A stretch of 32,000 nucleotides of DNA from Cupriavidus necator (GCF_016127575.1 NZ_CP066018.1:600001-632000), one strand, 5' to 3'; counted from the stretch's first letter, positions 15,558 to 25,453 are shown. Made by a program: numbers and translations. Notes: generated from the sequence alone by a model not told the origin.

Positions 15558-17651
15558 CTATAGCTCACTGACATTTACACCGAGTTTTCGCAGTATCTTC
15601 TTCGCCTGCTCTGCGCGCTCAAGGATCACCCTGAAACCATTCATTTTACCCACCGCTTCCGCCTCACGAATTGCGATTTGGCTTTTTGTAAAGCGCTCCG
15701 ACCAAAATGCTATGTGACTCTTATCAATAATCGCACATGCACATCCCGCACATACGCTTGAATCTCGCGTGGCAAAATTCGGATATCGCCGGAACCATAA
15801 TGAGGTATTTGAAATCTCATGACACCTCATTTCGCTCGTTTTTACCGGACAGCATGTTGCATACTCCGTAAAAAAGAATTGAAGCTCTTGATTGTCAGCC
15901 CACTCGTCGACGATCCGCCACCTCTCAGAAGTTGGTAATTCGCCTAAATCGTCTTTAAATTCAGCGATCGAATCACCCAAAGTTTGGGCCATTCTACCCG
16001 CGGCAATACTATCTCCTGTTGCCATCTCATAAATCAGTAAATTTCTTCTTTGCCTAGAAACCGAATCCAGGGCTTCAACTTGGAGTGGATTATTCCCTAT
16101 ATAACCGCCCTCCGTCACCGCCATATTGAGGTGATGAAACTGCATTTGTATTGCACCAAGAAGGCTCGGATTTGCCGCCAGGGTAAAGCTGGCCCAGGTC
16201 TTTCGAAGCATATGAGAGCTAAAGATCTTTCCTTTTGACTCGCGCCAAGGGATCAGCTCGCCGTCGGATACTTTTTGCCGCGATTCGTTCGGCAGAGCCG
16301 TCAGGTTTACCCAGTCAACAATAAAATCCCTCATTGCTTTCCTGAGGGAGTCCGACAAAATGGGCTTCAGCGTCCCCGAAGGATGAGAGAGGGAGGCATG
16401 GCCGCGCCACTGAAGTATTAGCCGATCGGTGACCGCGTGATCACGCCAAAGCGAGAAAAGACGGTTAAGAACCTGAAGCGCACGTATTGCAGGCGGTATT
16501 TCATTGCTTCCTTCCGGGCGCATCCCAAGCACCCAGTCAACTTCGATGGGGGGCCCCTCCTTAGTCTTTGAGAGCAACGATCGGACAAGAAACCACTCGT
16601 ATAGACCACGTGAGCTGGATTCCAAACGGACATTACTTGGTAGCCCAGACACAGGATCAATGCCTCCCTTTAGCCCACAAATTTCTGAAATGCGCATGCC
16701 CGACATTCCTTGAACAATGATGGCGCACGCACCCAGCAAATCATATGCAAGCATTCGTGTAGTCCTATGTGCTGCACTCTCTCCATACATGTCACTTGGC
16801 AACTCGGCCAGAGGTCGATGCCATGGCTCACTCGAATCTTTTCCACTCCCAAACTCGAATCGTCGCAGGTCGCGTCGCATTCTCTTGATTCGCTGCGCGC
16901 GCCCTTCATTTGGATGTTGCGCAAGGATCGCCACAAGCCGAAGTATGTCTTCAGCCGGCTGCGACAGAAACCAGAGCGCTTCATTGAACATCGGCACAGC
17001 AACTTCATCTGGTATGGGCTTTATCCACCCTACGCTTTGTCCGGCGCATTCGTCAGCGATACTAGCCAATGATTTTCGAAAAAATGGATCTATTGAAATG
17101 GATTCAATTCCCATCTGCGCCATAGGAATACGTTGACGCCACAAGTTAGCAAGGGCTTCAAGGGCACGTCTTGCAACCGACACAGTGATTTTTTCCTCGT
17201 CTGTACAGTCAAGCATGAATTGGGGTAATTCATCTATATATCTGGAGACGACGCCAGCTGTCAGCTGAGATGGTACGTGGTAGCCATTTATGGCCATCCA
17301 CGACAATAACCACTTGAAAGATTGCTGGTGGGCGGAAACACCTCCAACCATCGTCGGCACTCCTTCGGCCGGCATTTTAAGGAGAGTCAAAAGGAGCGTC
17401 TTCGACCAATGTAAGCGTGCAGCGTGGTGTGGGTCAGTGAGCTTACTCCCGTCAAAGAGTTCTATACTCCAATTGATGGTGCTTGCGGTTTTTTTAAGGC
17501 CAGGCGTAGTCGGCGTAAACTCCCACCTAACATCCTTAAATTGACTATGCTCACTGAGCCAATAATCTTCTAGCTCCTCCTTATTTCTCTGAAACAGCGC
17601 TTTTGGCTCGCGCGAACTAGATCGATTAAGTTTGGCGGAGTTGCGCTGCAT
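15558..17651 (-). CDS. Tyrosine recombinase/integrase, third gene of the trio (RitC position)
   Basis: Track ORF 15558..17774, trimmed to ATG 17651, 5 nt after the preceding stop. Catalytic signatures GMRISEICGL (Arg), SHMLRKTWASF (HxxR) and HHLNMAVTEGGYIG (His..Tyr). Confidence 0.85.
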   Translation of the reverse strand: MQRNSAKLNRSSSREPKALFQRNKEELEDYWLSEHSQFKDVRWEFTPTTPGLKKTASTINWSIELFDGSKLTDPHHAARLHWSKTLLLTLLKMPAEGVPTMVGGVSAHQQSFKWLLSWMAINGYHVPSQLTAGVVSRYIDELPQFMLDCTDEEKITVSVARRALEALANLWRQRIPMAQMGIESISIDPFFRKSLASIADECAGQSVGWIKPIPDEVAVPMFNEALWFLSQPAEDILRLVAILAQHPNEGRAQRIKRMRRDLRRFEFGSGKDSSEPWHRPLAELPSDMYGESAAHRTTRMLAYDLLGACAIIVQGMSGMRISEICGLKGGIDPVSGLPSNVRLESSSRGLYEWFLVRSLLSKTKEGPPIEVDWVLGMRPEGSNEIPPAIRALQVLNRLFSLWRDHAVTDRLILQWRGHASLSHPSGTLKPILSDSLRKAMRDFIVDWVNLTALPNESRQKVSDGELIPWRESKGKIFSSHMLRKTWASFTLAANPSLLGAIQMQFHHLNMAVTEGGYIGNNPLQVEALDSVSRQRRNLLIYEMATGDSIAAGRMAQTLGDSIAEFKDDLGELPTSERWRIVDEWADNQELQFFFTEYATCCPVKTSEMRCHEISNTSLWFRRYPNFATRDSSVCAGCACAIIDKSHIAFWSERFTKSQIAIREAEAVGKMNGFRVILERAEQAKKILRKLGVNVSEL

Positions 17652-17656
17652 ACCTA

Positions 17657-19519
17657 TCAGCCCACCTGCGGCAGCGAAATATGAAACCTCAAAGCTTTGC
17701 TCATGATCTGTTCGGGCACCATATTTAGGAGGTTGTTCAAAGCCGACAGCCTTGGTGCCCAACGGCAGGACCAACTATTCCCGCTCATCTGCACTTGACT
17801 GGCAAGGAGACTGCTTTTCAATGCAAGGTAGTATGCAACACTAATGGCATCATTTGGTCTCGCGACCGCAAGGGGACAGGTCGGACAGCCTCCGTAGTCT
17901 TTGCACAGTACGCCGGAGCGCTGCCCCGGGGAGGGAGAATCAAACGGATCAAGGCAGCGAAAGCCTGGCGTAGCCGCCGCACGGTCATCAGTATTGGTAA
18001 GTCGACGGGGATCAATTTTTCCCTGTGTATTGATCCATCTCTCCCGTAATAATATTACCTCTCCGACTTTTTCCCGGTTCCGCTTGCGGGCTCCATCGCT
18101 GGTGTAATGTGTCCAGGTTGTGCTCATGCGGGAATGATTACCCACTGCCCGCGCCGCCTCCAGGCCACCATCGAACTGTTGCACCATATCAATAATGGTG
18201 GGTCGAATCTGCCCCAAGGTAAAATTTGGCAGCCTATTATCAGCAATAAACTCCTGCAGCTTCGGCCGCCATCCCGAGGAACGTAGGGTGTCATCGGTGA
18301 ATGAGATCACCCGCTTCTGACCTACTTTGGGCACAAAGACGAATACTCTATCGCGATCCTTTTTTTCACAAACTGGCCGAATCCTCGACGTAATTCGCTC
18401 CAAAAGATCTAAGAGATAGTCAAAGCAAAACTTCCTCGAAATGCTCGCCGATGGATCAAGCAACCGCACCAGATCTTTCTTTGCGCGGGCCTTTTCTCCG
18501 ATTACACGTATTCCTCTCAGCCCAAGTCGAAGGAAATTTCTGTCAATCGCGCTCCACTTGAGGCGTAGAACCGTATTGGGGTTAAAGACTGTGGCGATGG
18601 TTAGCAATATCACCAGAGGAACGAGATCACGGGGACTGGAATACAAGTAAGACGCTAGAGTTCGGGCACCGTGCTCCGTCGCTGCGTACCCGAGGCTCCT
18701 ATTTTCCTTCCCAATATCCTCAAGCGTAGGAAGCACGTTTGGATACTTCGCCGCCAACATTGCAAGACATACCGAAACGTTCTTGAGGTCAGTGTGTCCT
18801 TCTTCGATTGCTCGCTTACCCTCCGAGATGAGGACGCCCCCATAATCCAGCCTCGAAGCAATCTCCTCCAGTTCTTCTTCACACGCATCGATAATCGCTA
18901 CTAGCGAGCTGGCTGAAATGACTTCCAAGGGTGAGGCTCTTCGAGCTGCCCCAAAGGGACCTCGAGGCACACGTTGGGCGATGGACTGGGCGCTTTCTGC
19001 CCAGGGCCCCTTGTCTATCACTGATAGCAATATCCGCGGACATCCGAGATAGTTTTTGATGCTATTAGGATGGAGCGGTTTCCCCCTAACACGTCTTGCA
19101 AATAGCCACTCACGATATCCGGTGAACAATTCATCATTAAGATCAGGCGGAGTTAGCTCTACTCCTGCGTAGCAACTGTCCAAATACGAAAACAATCCAT
19201 TTCGCAACGTATAAACTAGCCCCACACGCGTGCGAATACTACGGGTGGGAGCCCAAAGCAAAATCGCTTGTGCAAAGAGCGGCATCAACTCTGACTGCGT
19301 GAGAAGGAAGCTAAGATCAAGTGCCTGCGTCTCCCCGACATCGGTTCGGATCAGTGCACGAAGCGTCGGCCGTCCATCGTCACGACGCCCCGATTCAAGA
19401 AGATTTACAGGAAACAATGGATGGGCACGATCCTTAGAACCATCCTCGGCATTAAGCTGGCGAACGACGCTCGCCGCCGAAGACACTCGCTTCGCACGGA
19501 TGGTCCTATTCTCGCTCAT
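17657..19519 (-). CDS. Tyrosine recombinase/integrase, second gene of the trio (RitB position)
   Basis: 620 aa. C-terminal catalytic region ..LGQIRPTIIDMV..VGNHSRMSTTWTHYTS (xxR, His, Tyr). Its start overlaps the stop of the first gene as ATGA (19516-19519). Confidence 0.85.
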   Translation of the reverse strand: MSENRTIRAKRVSSAASVVRQLNAEDGSKDRAHPLFPVNLLESGRRDDGRPTLRALIRTDVGETQALDLSFLLTQSELMPLFAQAILLWAPTRSIRTRVGLVYTLRNGLFSYLDSCYAGVELTPPDLNDELFTGYREWLFARRVRGKPLHPNSIKNYLGCPRILLSVIDKGPWAESAQSIAQRVPRGPFGAARRASPLEVISASSLVAIIDACEEELEEIASRLDYGGVLISEGKRAIEEGHTDLKNVSVCLAMLAAKYPNVLPTLEDIGKENRSLGYAATEHGARTLASYLYSSPRDLVPLVILLTIATVFNPNTVLRLKWSAIDRNFLRLGLRGIRVIGEKARAKKDLVRLLDPSASISRKFCFDYLLDLLERITSRIRPVCEKKDRDRVFVFVPKVGQKRVISFTDDTLRSSGWRPKLQEFIADNRLPNFTLGQIRPTIIDMVQQFDGGLEAARAVGNHSRMSTTWTHYTSDGARKRNREKVGEVILLRERWINTQGKIDPRRLTNTDDRAAATPGFRCLDPFDSPSPGQRSGVLCKDYGGCPTCPLAVARPNDAISVAYYLALKSSLLASQVQMSGNSWSCRWAPRLSALNNLLNMVPEQIMSKALRFHISLPQVG

Positions 19520-20757
19520 AATCCGATTATTTTCCGCACATCATACAGACCAGGCTGCATATTAAATACCTCCACATGAGCTAAATAGATATCAATAGTC
19601 GTCTGTAGATGCTTGTGTCCGAGTTGTGCTTGTATTTTTTTCCAAGGCTCTGGATTTCCGCTCATACGTTCAGCGTGATACGTAAGCACGGCGTATGTAT
19701 GCCGGAGATCATGGATTGAGTGCCTCGCCCGCTTCCTAAAAAAATTATTGGCGCCCTCTGGATCGATGCAATCGACAATCTTCAACCGCCCGATACCGAG
19801 GCATGCCTCCTCAAAAATTCCTTGCATGCGGCTGATTGAAATTGGCTTACTCTGGCGACTGCTTCCGTATTGACTCAGAAATAGCCGGATCGGTTGATTT
19901 CGAAAAGGAATATCAGTCACCTGGAGTACCGCGGCGCGCTCACCTTCAATGTAAGCAAGAATATCGGACACGAGCCAATTAGGAATCGCGACAGCGCATG
20001 TCTTGCCTCCCTTTCGGACGATACTCAGTTGCTGATCAGCACTCGGAGCTAAAGGATCAGGTGCCAGCGCGAGAAACTGCAAGATCGTCAATGCTGCAAT
20101 CTCTCCTACGCGGAGGCCCACAGCCCATCCCAGATCGAAAATGATCCTATTTCGGCTTAGCCGTTGATCACCGGCCATTTTTTGCGTTGCACGAGGCCCA
20201 GCATACTGCAATAATGCCCGCAAATCCTGTCGCGTCAGAGGATGAATTGCCAAATTAGGCCGAGCCTTTGGAAGATCAACGTCTCTGTAATGTCGAAAAT
20301 CGCTGCCGCAGAGATTTGACCCAATGTCTCCGTCGTACCATTCGGCATCCCGCGCATAAATATAAAAATCTCGGATAACCGACATTCTGCTTTTTACCGT
20401 GGACGCATGGTACTTCCCCCCCGTCTTCGGGGAAATCGCAACCATGTAAGCATCTCTGTAATCAATTCGATCTTGTGAGGACGCCAGCCTCCAGTCTCTC
20501 TTCAGGATCTGCAGATACTGAAACCAGGTTTTCAATGCCTGTGCCACGGCTGCCCAAGTATGCGGGCTAGTTCTAATTCCTCGCGCAACTATGCGCTCGT
20601 GTAAATAGAGACTGGGCTCTTCAAAAACAAGTGATTGACTACTGGTCCGAATGAAAAAAGATGGCTGCCCAACCGTGAGACTGCTCACACCTGGTTCATG
20701 GTGCGCGCAAAGCACAATCTCACCTTCCAAGAAATCGAGCATTGAAACATTGGACAT
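19516..20757 (-). CDS. Tyrosine recombinase/integrase, first gene of the trio (RitA position)
   Basis: 413 aa with the full catalytic set: GLRVGEI (Arg), KGGK (Lys), HDLRHTYA (HxxR), LGHKHLQTT (His) and IYLA (Tyr). Confidence 0.9.
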   Translation of the reverse strand: MSNVSMLDFLEGEIVLCAHHEPGVSSLTVGQPSFFIRTSSQSLVFEEPSLYLHERIVARGIRTSPHTWAAVAQALKTWFQYLQILKRDWRLASSQDRIDYRDAYMVAISPKTGGKYHASTVKSRMSVIRDFYIYARDAEWYDGDIGSNLCGSDFRHYRDVDLPKARPNLAIHPLTRQDLRALLQYAGPRATQKMAGDQRLSRNRIIFDLGWAVGLRVGEIAALTILQFLALAPDPLAPSADQQLSIVRKGGKTCAVAIPNWLVSDILAYIEGERAAVLQVTDIPFRNQPIRLFLSQYGSSRQSKPISISRMQGIFEEACLGIGRLKIVDCIDPEGANNFFRKRARHSIHDLRHTYAVLTYHAERMSGNPEPWKKIQAQLGHKHLQTTIDIYLAHVEVFNMQPGLYDVRKIIGL

Positions 20758-21202
20758 GTTCGCGAGTGCTGAGCCCTTTCGCGAATGCTAGCACGTCCCG
20801 GTCAGGTACAGGACCAGAACTTTTATCTGAACAAATTCAGAGTGGACATCTACCGCCCTACTTAGGCAGCCGCTCCCCGCTTCACAGAAGTACATCTATT
20901 TTCTTTGCCAGAATAATGGCAATTATCGATTCCACATCATGTTCGCATAGAATAATAAAATTAAAATTTCAATATGAGCCTCCAAGTGACTCCATTCACA
21001 GTCACTAGCTAGACATAATCCATTGAGATGCAGGACAAAAAATGTTCACGCGAAGGTGATCACGGCTGTGGCTTTCGTGAACAAATCTCGACGATGCCCT
21101 GCCAGCAGTCCGCTATGCGCTGCCCTCCAGCCATTACCTATGAACACTTTCCTACTGAGATTGGAGTTACCCCTTTAGTCGATCCCCGCTGGGAAACCAG
21201 CG

Positions 21203-21610
21203 TCATCGTGAGGATCTCAGCGGAGACGTTTCACTCCACATTTCGTGCTCGCAACCGCGGTAGGGGTTGAGCGAGACATCGAACGGGATGTCGGGCGATG
21301 CATTGCGCGTCAGGACCGAACGGGCGCGCTCGATATGGACTTCCGTGCGCAGCGGCGGCAGCGGCGCTGCCTCCGGCGACGGTGCGGCTTCGGTGGTACG
21401 CGGCGCCTCTTCTGGTGCACTGCTCCAGCCATCGTCGAACGCTTCACGCAGGTCGCGCTCGAAACGCCCCTGCAGGTTGCTCACGGCGCCTCGGCCCTTG
21501 CGCGCCACGGGCGGCCGCGGGCCTGCCTGCGGCGCGAGTGCGTCGGGGTCGGCATCGGGCCGCGTCGGGCGGCTGCTGACAGGCTTGGGTTTCGGCGGGG
21601 GGCGCTCCAT
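21203..21610 (-). pseudogene. 5-prime fragment of a PA0069-type radical SAM protein gene, truncated at the Fe-S cluster motif
   Basis: ..[49 protein letters not shown] matches this family up to the first Cys/His of the CxxxCxxC region. The sequence then reads [13 protein letters not shown]-stop, and GC drops at about 21243. Start is ATG 21610, or GTG 21625 overlapping the lrp stop. Confidence 0.75.
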
Positions 21611-21621
21611 GCTGGCCTTGG

Positions 21622-22125
21622 TCACACTGCCTGGCTCTTCTCCTCGACGGAAATCGCCAGCGTCTCCTTGATCTCTTCCATCACCACATAGCTCTTCGAC
21701 TGCGCTGCGCCGGGCAGCTGCAGCAGGATGTCGCCCAGCAGCCGGCGGTATTCACCGATCTCGCGGATGCGCGCCTTGATCAGGTAGTCGAAATCGCCCG
21801 ATACCAGGTGACATTCCAGCACTTCCGGGATACGCAGCACCTCGCGCCGGAACTGCTCGAACATATTGCCCGACTTGTTGCCCAGCGAGATCTCGACGAA
21901 CACCAGCAGCGCGCTGCCCAGCAGCGCCGGGTTCAGCCGTGCGTAGTAGCCCATGATGACACCATCGCGCTCCAGGCGCTTGACGCGCTCGATGCAGGGC
22001 GTGATGGTCAGCCCGACCGCTTCGGCCAGGTCCTTCATCGACATCCGGCCGTCGCTCTGCAGCGCCGTCAGGATCTTGCGGTCGAGCCGGTCGAGGGTGC
22101 GCATGGGCTGGCGACTCGTTCTCAT
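21622..22125 (-). CDS. lrp: Lrp/AsnC-family transcriptional regulator (DadR-like, divergent from dadA)
   Basis: Track ORF trimmed to ATG 22125 (AGGAAAA ribosome-binding site). [45 protein letters not shown] plus a RAM/AsnC_trans domain. Confidence 0.9.
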   Translation of the reverse strand: MRTSRQPMRTLDRLDRKILTALQSDGRMSMKDLAEAVGLTITPCIERVKRLERDGVIMGYYARLNPALLGSALLVFVEISLGNKSGNMFEQFRREVLRIPEVLECHLVSGDFDYLIKARIREIGEYRRLLGDILLQLPGAAQSKSYVVMEEIKETLAISVEEKSQAV

Positions 22126-22233
22126 GAGTTTTTCCTGTTTTCCTGAGAAATTCGATAACAATGACTGGATTGGTTTCAATAGTATAGAGATAAATCCTTT
22201 ATCAACTTGTCACCGCAGTTGGAGCCCCCGGAC
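22126..22233. promoter_or_regulatory. AT-rich divergent lrp/dadA control region
   Basis: 108-nt AT-rich intergenic spacer between divergent starts. This is the expected position of Lrp-type operator sites. No specific site is called. Confidence 0.4.
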
Positions 22234-23538
22234 ATGCGCGTTCTCGTACTAGGCAGCGGCGTTATTGGCGTCACCAGTGCGTGGTATCTGGCCAAGGCCG
22301 GTCACGAAGTGACCGTCGTCGACCGCGAGGCCGGGCCCGCGCTCGGCACCAGCTTTGCCAACGCGGGGCAGATCTCGCCCGGCTATGCGTCGCCGTGGGC
22401 GGCGCCGGGCGTACCGCTGAAGGCGATCAAGTGGATGTTCCAGCAACATGCCCCGCTCAGCATCCGTCCGGACGGCACGCTGTTCCAGCTGCAATGGATG
22501 TGGCAGATGCTGCAGAACTGCAGCGCCGAACGCTACGCCGTCAACAAGGAGCGCATGGTACGGCTGGCCGAATACAGCCGCGACTGCATCCGCGCGCTGC
22601 GCGCGGAGACGGGCATCGCTTATGAAGGCCGCCAGCAAGGCACGCTGCAGGTGTTCCGCACCGACGAGCAGCTGCAAGGCGCGGCCAAGGACATCGCCGT
22701 GCTGGAAGAAGCCGGCGTGCCTTACCAGTTGCTTTCGCGCGAGGAACTCGCCGCGAGCGAACCGGCGCTGGCCGCCGTCCGCCACAAGCTGGCCGGCGGC
22801 CTGCGCCTCCCCAACGATGAAACCGGCGACTGCGCGCTGTTTACGCAACGGCTCGCGGGCATGGCCGAGCTGCTGGGCGTGAAATTCCTGTACAACCGCT
22901 CGATCGACAGACTGATGACCCAGGGCGATGCCGTCACCGGCGCCGTGGTCGACGGCCAGCCGATGGATGCCGACCTGGTGGTGGTGGCGCTGGGCAGCTG
23001 GTCGACGCAGCTGGTCAAGCCGTTCCTGCGTGGCATGTCCAACCTGCCCGTGTATCCGCTCAAGGGCTTCTCGATCACGGTGCCGCTGAGCGATCCGTCG
23101 CGCAGCCCGGTGTCCACCGTGCTGGACGAAACCTACAAGGTTGCCATCACCCGCTTCGACGACCGCATCCGGGTGGGCGGCATGGCGCAGATCGTCGGCT
23201 ATGACCGCAGCCTGGATCCGGCCAAGCGCCGCACGCTCGAACACGTGGTCACCGACCTGTTCCCGGGCGCCGGCGATGTCAGCCAGGCCGCCTTCTGGAC
23301 CGGCCTGCGCCCGATGACGCCGGACGGTACGCCGATCGTCGGCCCGACCCAGGTGCGCGGCCTGTGGCTGAACACGGGCCACGGCACGCTCGGCTGGACC
23401 ATGGCCTGCGGCTCGGGCAAGCTGCTCTCGGACCTGGTCTCTGGCACGTCGCCGGCGATCCGCGCCGACGACCTGTCGGTGGGCCGCTACCTGAAGCCGG
23501 CGCGCCATCACCTGGCGCCCAGGCCTGCCACTGCCTGA
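22234..23538 (+). CDS. dadA: D-amino acid dehydrogenase small subunit
   Basis: [32 protein letters not shown].. FAD fold. Length of about 434 aa and end-to-end DadA-like sequence. Divergent Lrp-type regulator. Confidence 0.95.
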   Translation: MRVLVLGSGVIGVTSAWYLAKAGHEVTVVDREAGPALGTSFANAGQISPGYASPWAAPGVPLKAIKWMFQQHAPLSIRPDGTLFQLQWMWQMLQNCSAERYAVNKERMVRLAEYSRDCIRALRAETGIAYEGRQQGTLQVFRTDEQLQGAAKDIAVLEEAGVPYQLLSREELAASEPALAAVRHKLAGGLRLPNDETGDCALFTQRLAGMAELLGVKFLYNRSIDRLMTQGDAVTGAVVDGQPMDADLVVVALGSWSTQLVKPFLRGMSNLPVYPLKGFSITVPLSDPSRSPVSTVLDETYKVAITRFDDRIRVGGMAQIVGYDRSLDPAKRRTLEHVVTDLFPGAGDVSQAAFWTGLRPMTPDGTPIVGPTQVRGLWLNTGHGTLGWTMACGSGKLLSDLVSGTSPAIRADDLSVGRYLKPARHHLAPRPATA

Positions 23539-23558
23539 AGCAGGCTGCCTCGATAAGC

Positions 23559-23590
23559 AAAAAGGGCGGCCCCGCGGGGCCGCCCTTTTT
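23559..23590. terminator. Bidirectional rho-independent terminator between dadA and the convergent acyl-CoA dehydrogenase gene
   Basis: Perfect 22-nt palindrome GGGCGGCCCCGCGGGGCCGCCC flanked by A5 and T5. Confidence 0.8.
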
Positions 23591-23613
23591 CTTTCCGGCG
23601 ACTGTCAGGCCAC

Positions 23614-25398
23614 TCAGAACTGCTCGGCCGTCATCGCATTCACCGGTGCCGCACCACTGACGATGGCATCGCGCAAAGCCGACGCCTGCGACAGGATGTG
23701 CTCCGCAAAGAAATGCGCGGTGGCGATCTTGGCGTCATAAAAGCCCGGATCCCCGGCCCGCTTCGCATCGGCGGCCAGCATCGCACGGCCGAACTGCCAG
23801 CCGGAGAACACGATGCCGCACAGCTTCAGGTAAGGCACGCTGCCGGCAAAGACGGCGTTCGGGTCGGACTTGGCATTGGCCACGACAAACGCCACCACGT
23901 CTTCCAGCGCCGCGCGACCCTTGGCCAGTTGCGCCTGTACCGCGGTGAACCCGGCGCAGCTGTGATTGCCCAGCGCAGCCTCGGTCTCGGCGATCTGCGC
24001 GCAGATCGCACGCGCCACGGCGCCGCCGTCGCGCACGGTCTTGCGGCCGATCAGGTCGTTGGCCTGGATTGCCGTGGTGCCTTCGTAGATCGGCAGGATA
24101 CGCGCGTCGCGGTAGTGCTGCGCCGCGCCGGTCTCCTCGATAAAGCCCATGCCGCCGTGCACCTGCACACCCAGGCTGGTGACGTCGATCGACAGCTCGG
24201 TGCTCCAGCCTTTCACCACCGGCACCAGGAACTCGTAGAAGGCCTGGTTCTGCTGGCGCACCGCTTCGTCGGGATGCTGGTGCGCCGCGTCGCTGGCGGC
24301 CGCGGCCACGTAGGCCACGGCGCGCGCGCCTTCGGTCAGCGCGCGCATGGTCATCAGCATGCGCTTGACGTCAGGGTGGTGGATGATGGTCACCGCCTCG
24401 CGCGCCGAACCATCGACCGGGCGGCTCTGCACGCGCTCGCGCGCAAAGGCCACCGCCTGCTGGTAGGCGCGTTCGGATACGGCGATGCCCTGCATGCCGA
24501 CCGAGAAGCGTGCCGAGTTCATCATGATGAACATGTACTCGAGGCCACGGTTCTCTTCGCCGACCAGCGTGCCGATGGCGCCGCCATGGTCGCCGAACTG
24601 CAGCACGGCCGTGGGGCTCGCCTTGATGCCCAGCTTGTGCTCGATCGAGACGCAATGCACGTCGTTGCGCTCACCGGTGCTGCCGTCGGCGTTGACCATG
24701 AACTTCGGCACGATGAACAGCGAGATGCCCTTGACGCCCTCGGGCGCGGTGGGCGTGCGGGCCAGCACGAGATGGACGATGTTCTTCGCCATGTCGTGCT
24801 CGCCGTAGGTGATGAAGATCTTGGTGCCGAACACTTTGTAGGTGCCGTCGCCCTGCGGCTCGGCACGGGTGCGCACTGCGGCCAGATCCGAGCCGGCCTG
24901 CGGCTCGGTCAGGTTCATGGTGCCGGTCCACTCGCCCGAGATCAGCTTGGGCAGGAAGGTGGCCTTCTGCTCATCCGTGCCGGCCGTCAGCAGCGCTTCG
25001 ATGGCACCATCGGTCAGCAGCGGGCACAGCGCGAACGACAGGTTCGCGGTGTTCAGCATCTCGTTGCAGGCGGTGGCGACCAGCTTGGGCAGGCCCTGGC
25101 CGCCAAACTCCTGCGGATGCAGCACGCCCTGCCAGCCGCCCTCGCCGAACTGGCGGAAGGCCTCCTTAAAGCCGGGCGTGGTGGTGACCACGCCGTCCTT
25201 CCAGCTGCTCGGGTCCAGGTCGCCGGCGCGGTTCAGCGGCGCGACGACCTGCTCGTTGAACTTGGCGGCCTCGTCCAGCACTGCCTCGGCCGTTTCCGGC
25301 GTGGCTTCCTCGAAGCCCGGCAGTTTGCTCACGGCCTCTAGCCCGGCCAGCTCGTTCATGACGAACAGCATGTCCTTGATCGGCGCACGGTAAGTCAT
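23614..25398 (-). CDS. Long-form acyl-CoA dehydrogenase (about 594 aa, with C-terminal extension domain)
   Basis: Track ORF trimmed to ATG 25398 (GGGAGA ribosome-binding site). ACAD motifs ..GTMNLTEPQAGSDL.., ..VHGGMGFIEETGAAQHYRDARILPIYEGTTAIQANDLIGRK. Confidence 0.9.
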   Translation of the reverse strand: MTYRAPIKDMLFVMNELAGLEAVSKLPGFEEATPETAEAVLDEAAKFNEQVVAPLNRAGDLDPSSWKDGVVTTTPGFKEAFRQFGEGGWQGVLHPQEFGGQGLPKLVATACNEMLNTANLSFALCPLLTDGAIEALLTAGTDEQKATFLPKLISGEWTGTMNLTEPQAGSDLAAVRTRAEPQGDGTYKVFGTKIFITYGEHDMAKNIVHLVLARTPTAPEGVKGISLFIVPKFMVNADGSTGERNDVHCVSIEHKLGIKASPTAVLQFGDHGGAIGTLVGEENRGLEYMFIMMNSARFSVGMQGIAVSERAYQQAVAFARERVQSRPVDGSAREAVTIIHHPDVKRMLMTMRALTEGARAVAYVAAAASDAAHQHPDEAVRQQNQAFYEFLVPVVKGWSTELSIDVTSLGVQVHGGMGFIEETGAAQHYRDARILPIYEGTTAIQANDLIGRKTVRDGGAVARAICAQIAETEAALGNHSCAGFTAVQAQLAKGRAALEDVVAFVVANAKSDPNAVFAGSVPYLKLCGIVFSGWQFGRAMLAADAKRAGDPGFYDAKIATAHFFAEHILSQASALRDAIVSGAAPVNAMTAEQF

Positions 25399-25418
25399 CG
25401 ATGTCTCCCAACATGTAT

Positions 25419-25453
25419 GAAAAAGCCGTTCGCGGGTCACCCCCGGAACGGCT
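25419..25453 (-). terminator. Rho-independent terminator-like hairpin between etfA and the acyl-CoA dehydrogenase gene
   Basis: Minus strand: AGCCGTTC-N14-GAACGGCT followed by TTTTTC. A second perfect 9-bp hairpin (25470-25490) lies just after the etfA stop. Confidence 0.55.

Larger units (their letters stand above)
15045..20757 (-). mobile_element. Recombinase-in-trio (RIT)-type element core: three tyrosine recombinases plus one accessory gene; true ends not resolved
   Basis: Four tightly packed co-oriented genes in a clearly lower-GC block; the gene architecture matches described RIT elements. I could not find flanking long inverted repeats by eye, so only the gene core is delimited. Confidence 0.7.

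Noticed and set aside
17657-17774. Apparent 118-nt overlap between the second and third recombinase ORFs in the track
   Set aside because: The overlap disappears when the third gene starts at ATG 17651, 5 nt after the second gene stop. The longer N-terminus is probably not translated.
15001-20822. Possible imperfect inverted repeats directly flanking the four-gene recombinase block (GTTCT..GTAC..GGGAC..CTAGC words at 15009-15052 versus 20783-20820)
   Set aside because: The shared words are short (4-5 nt) and have different spacing in the two arms, so the similarity is not distinguishable from chance by eye. It needs a proper alignment.
22249-23511. 420-aa minus-strand ORF
   Set aside because: Antisense shadow of dadA.
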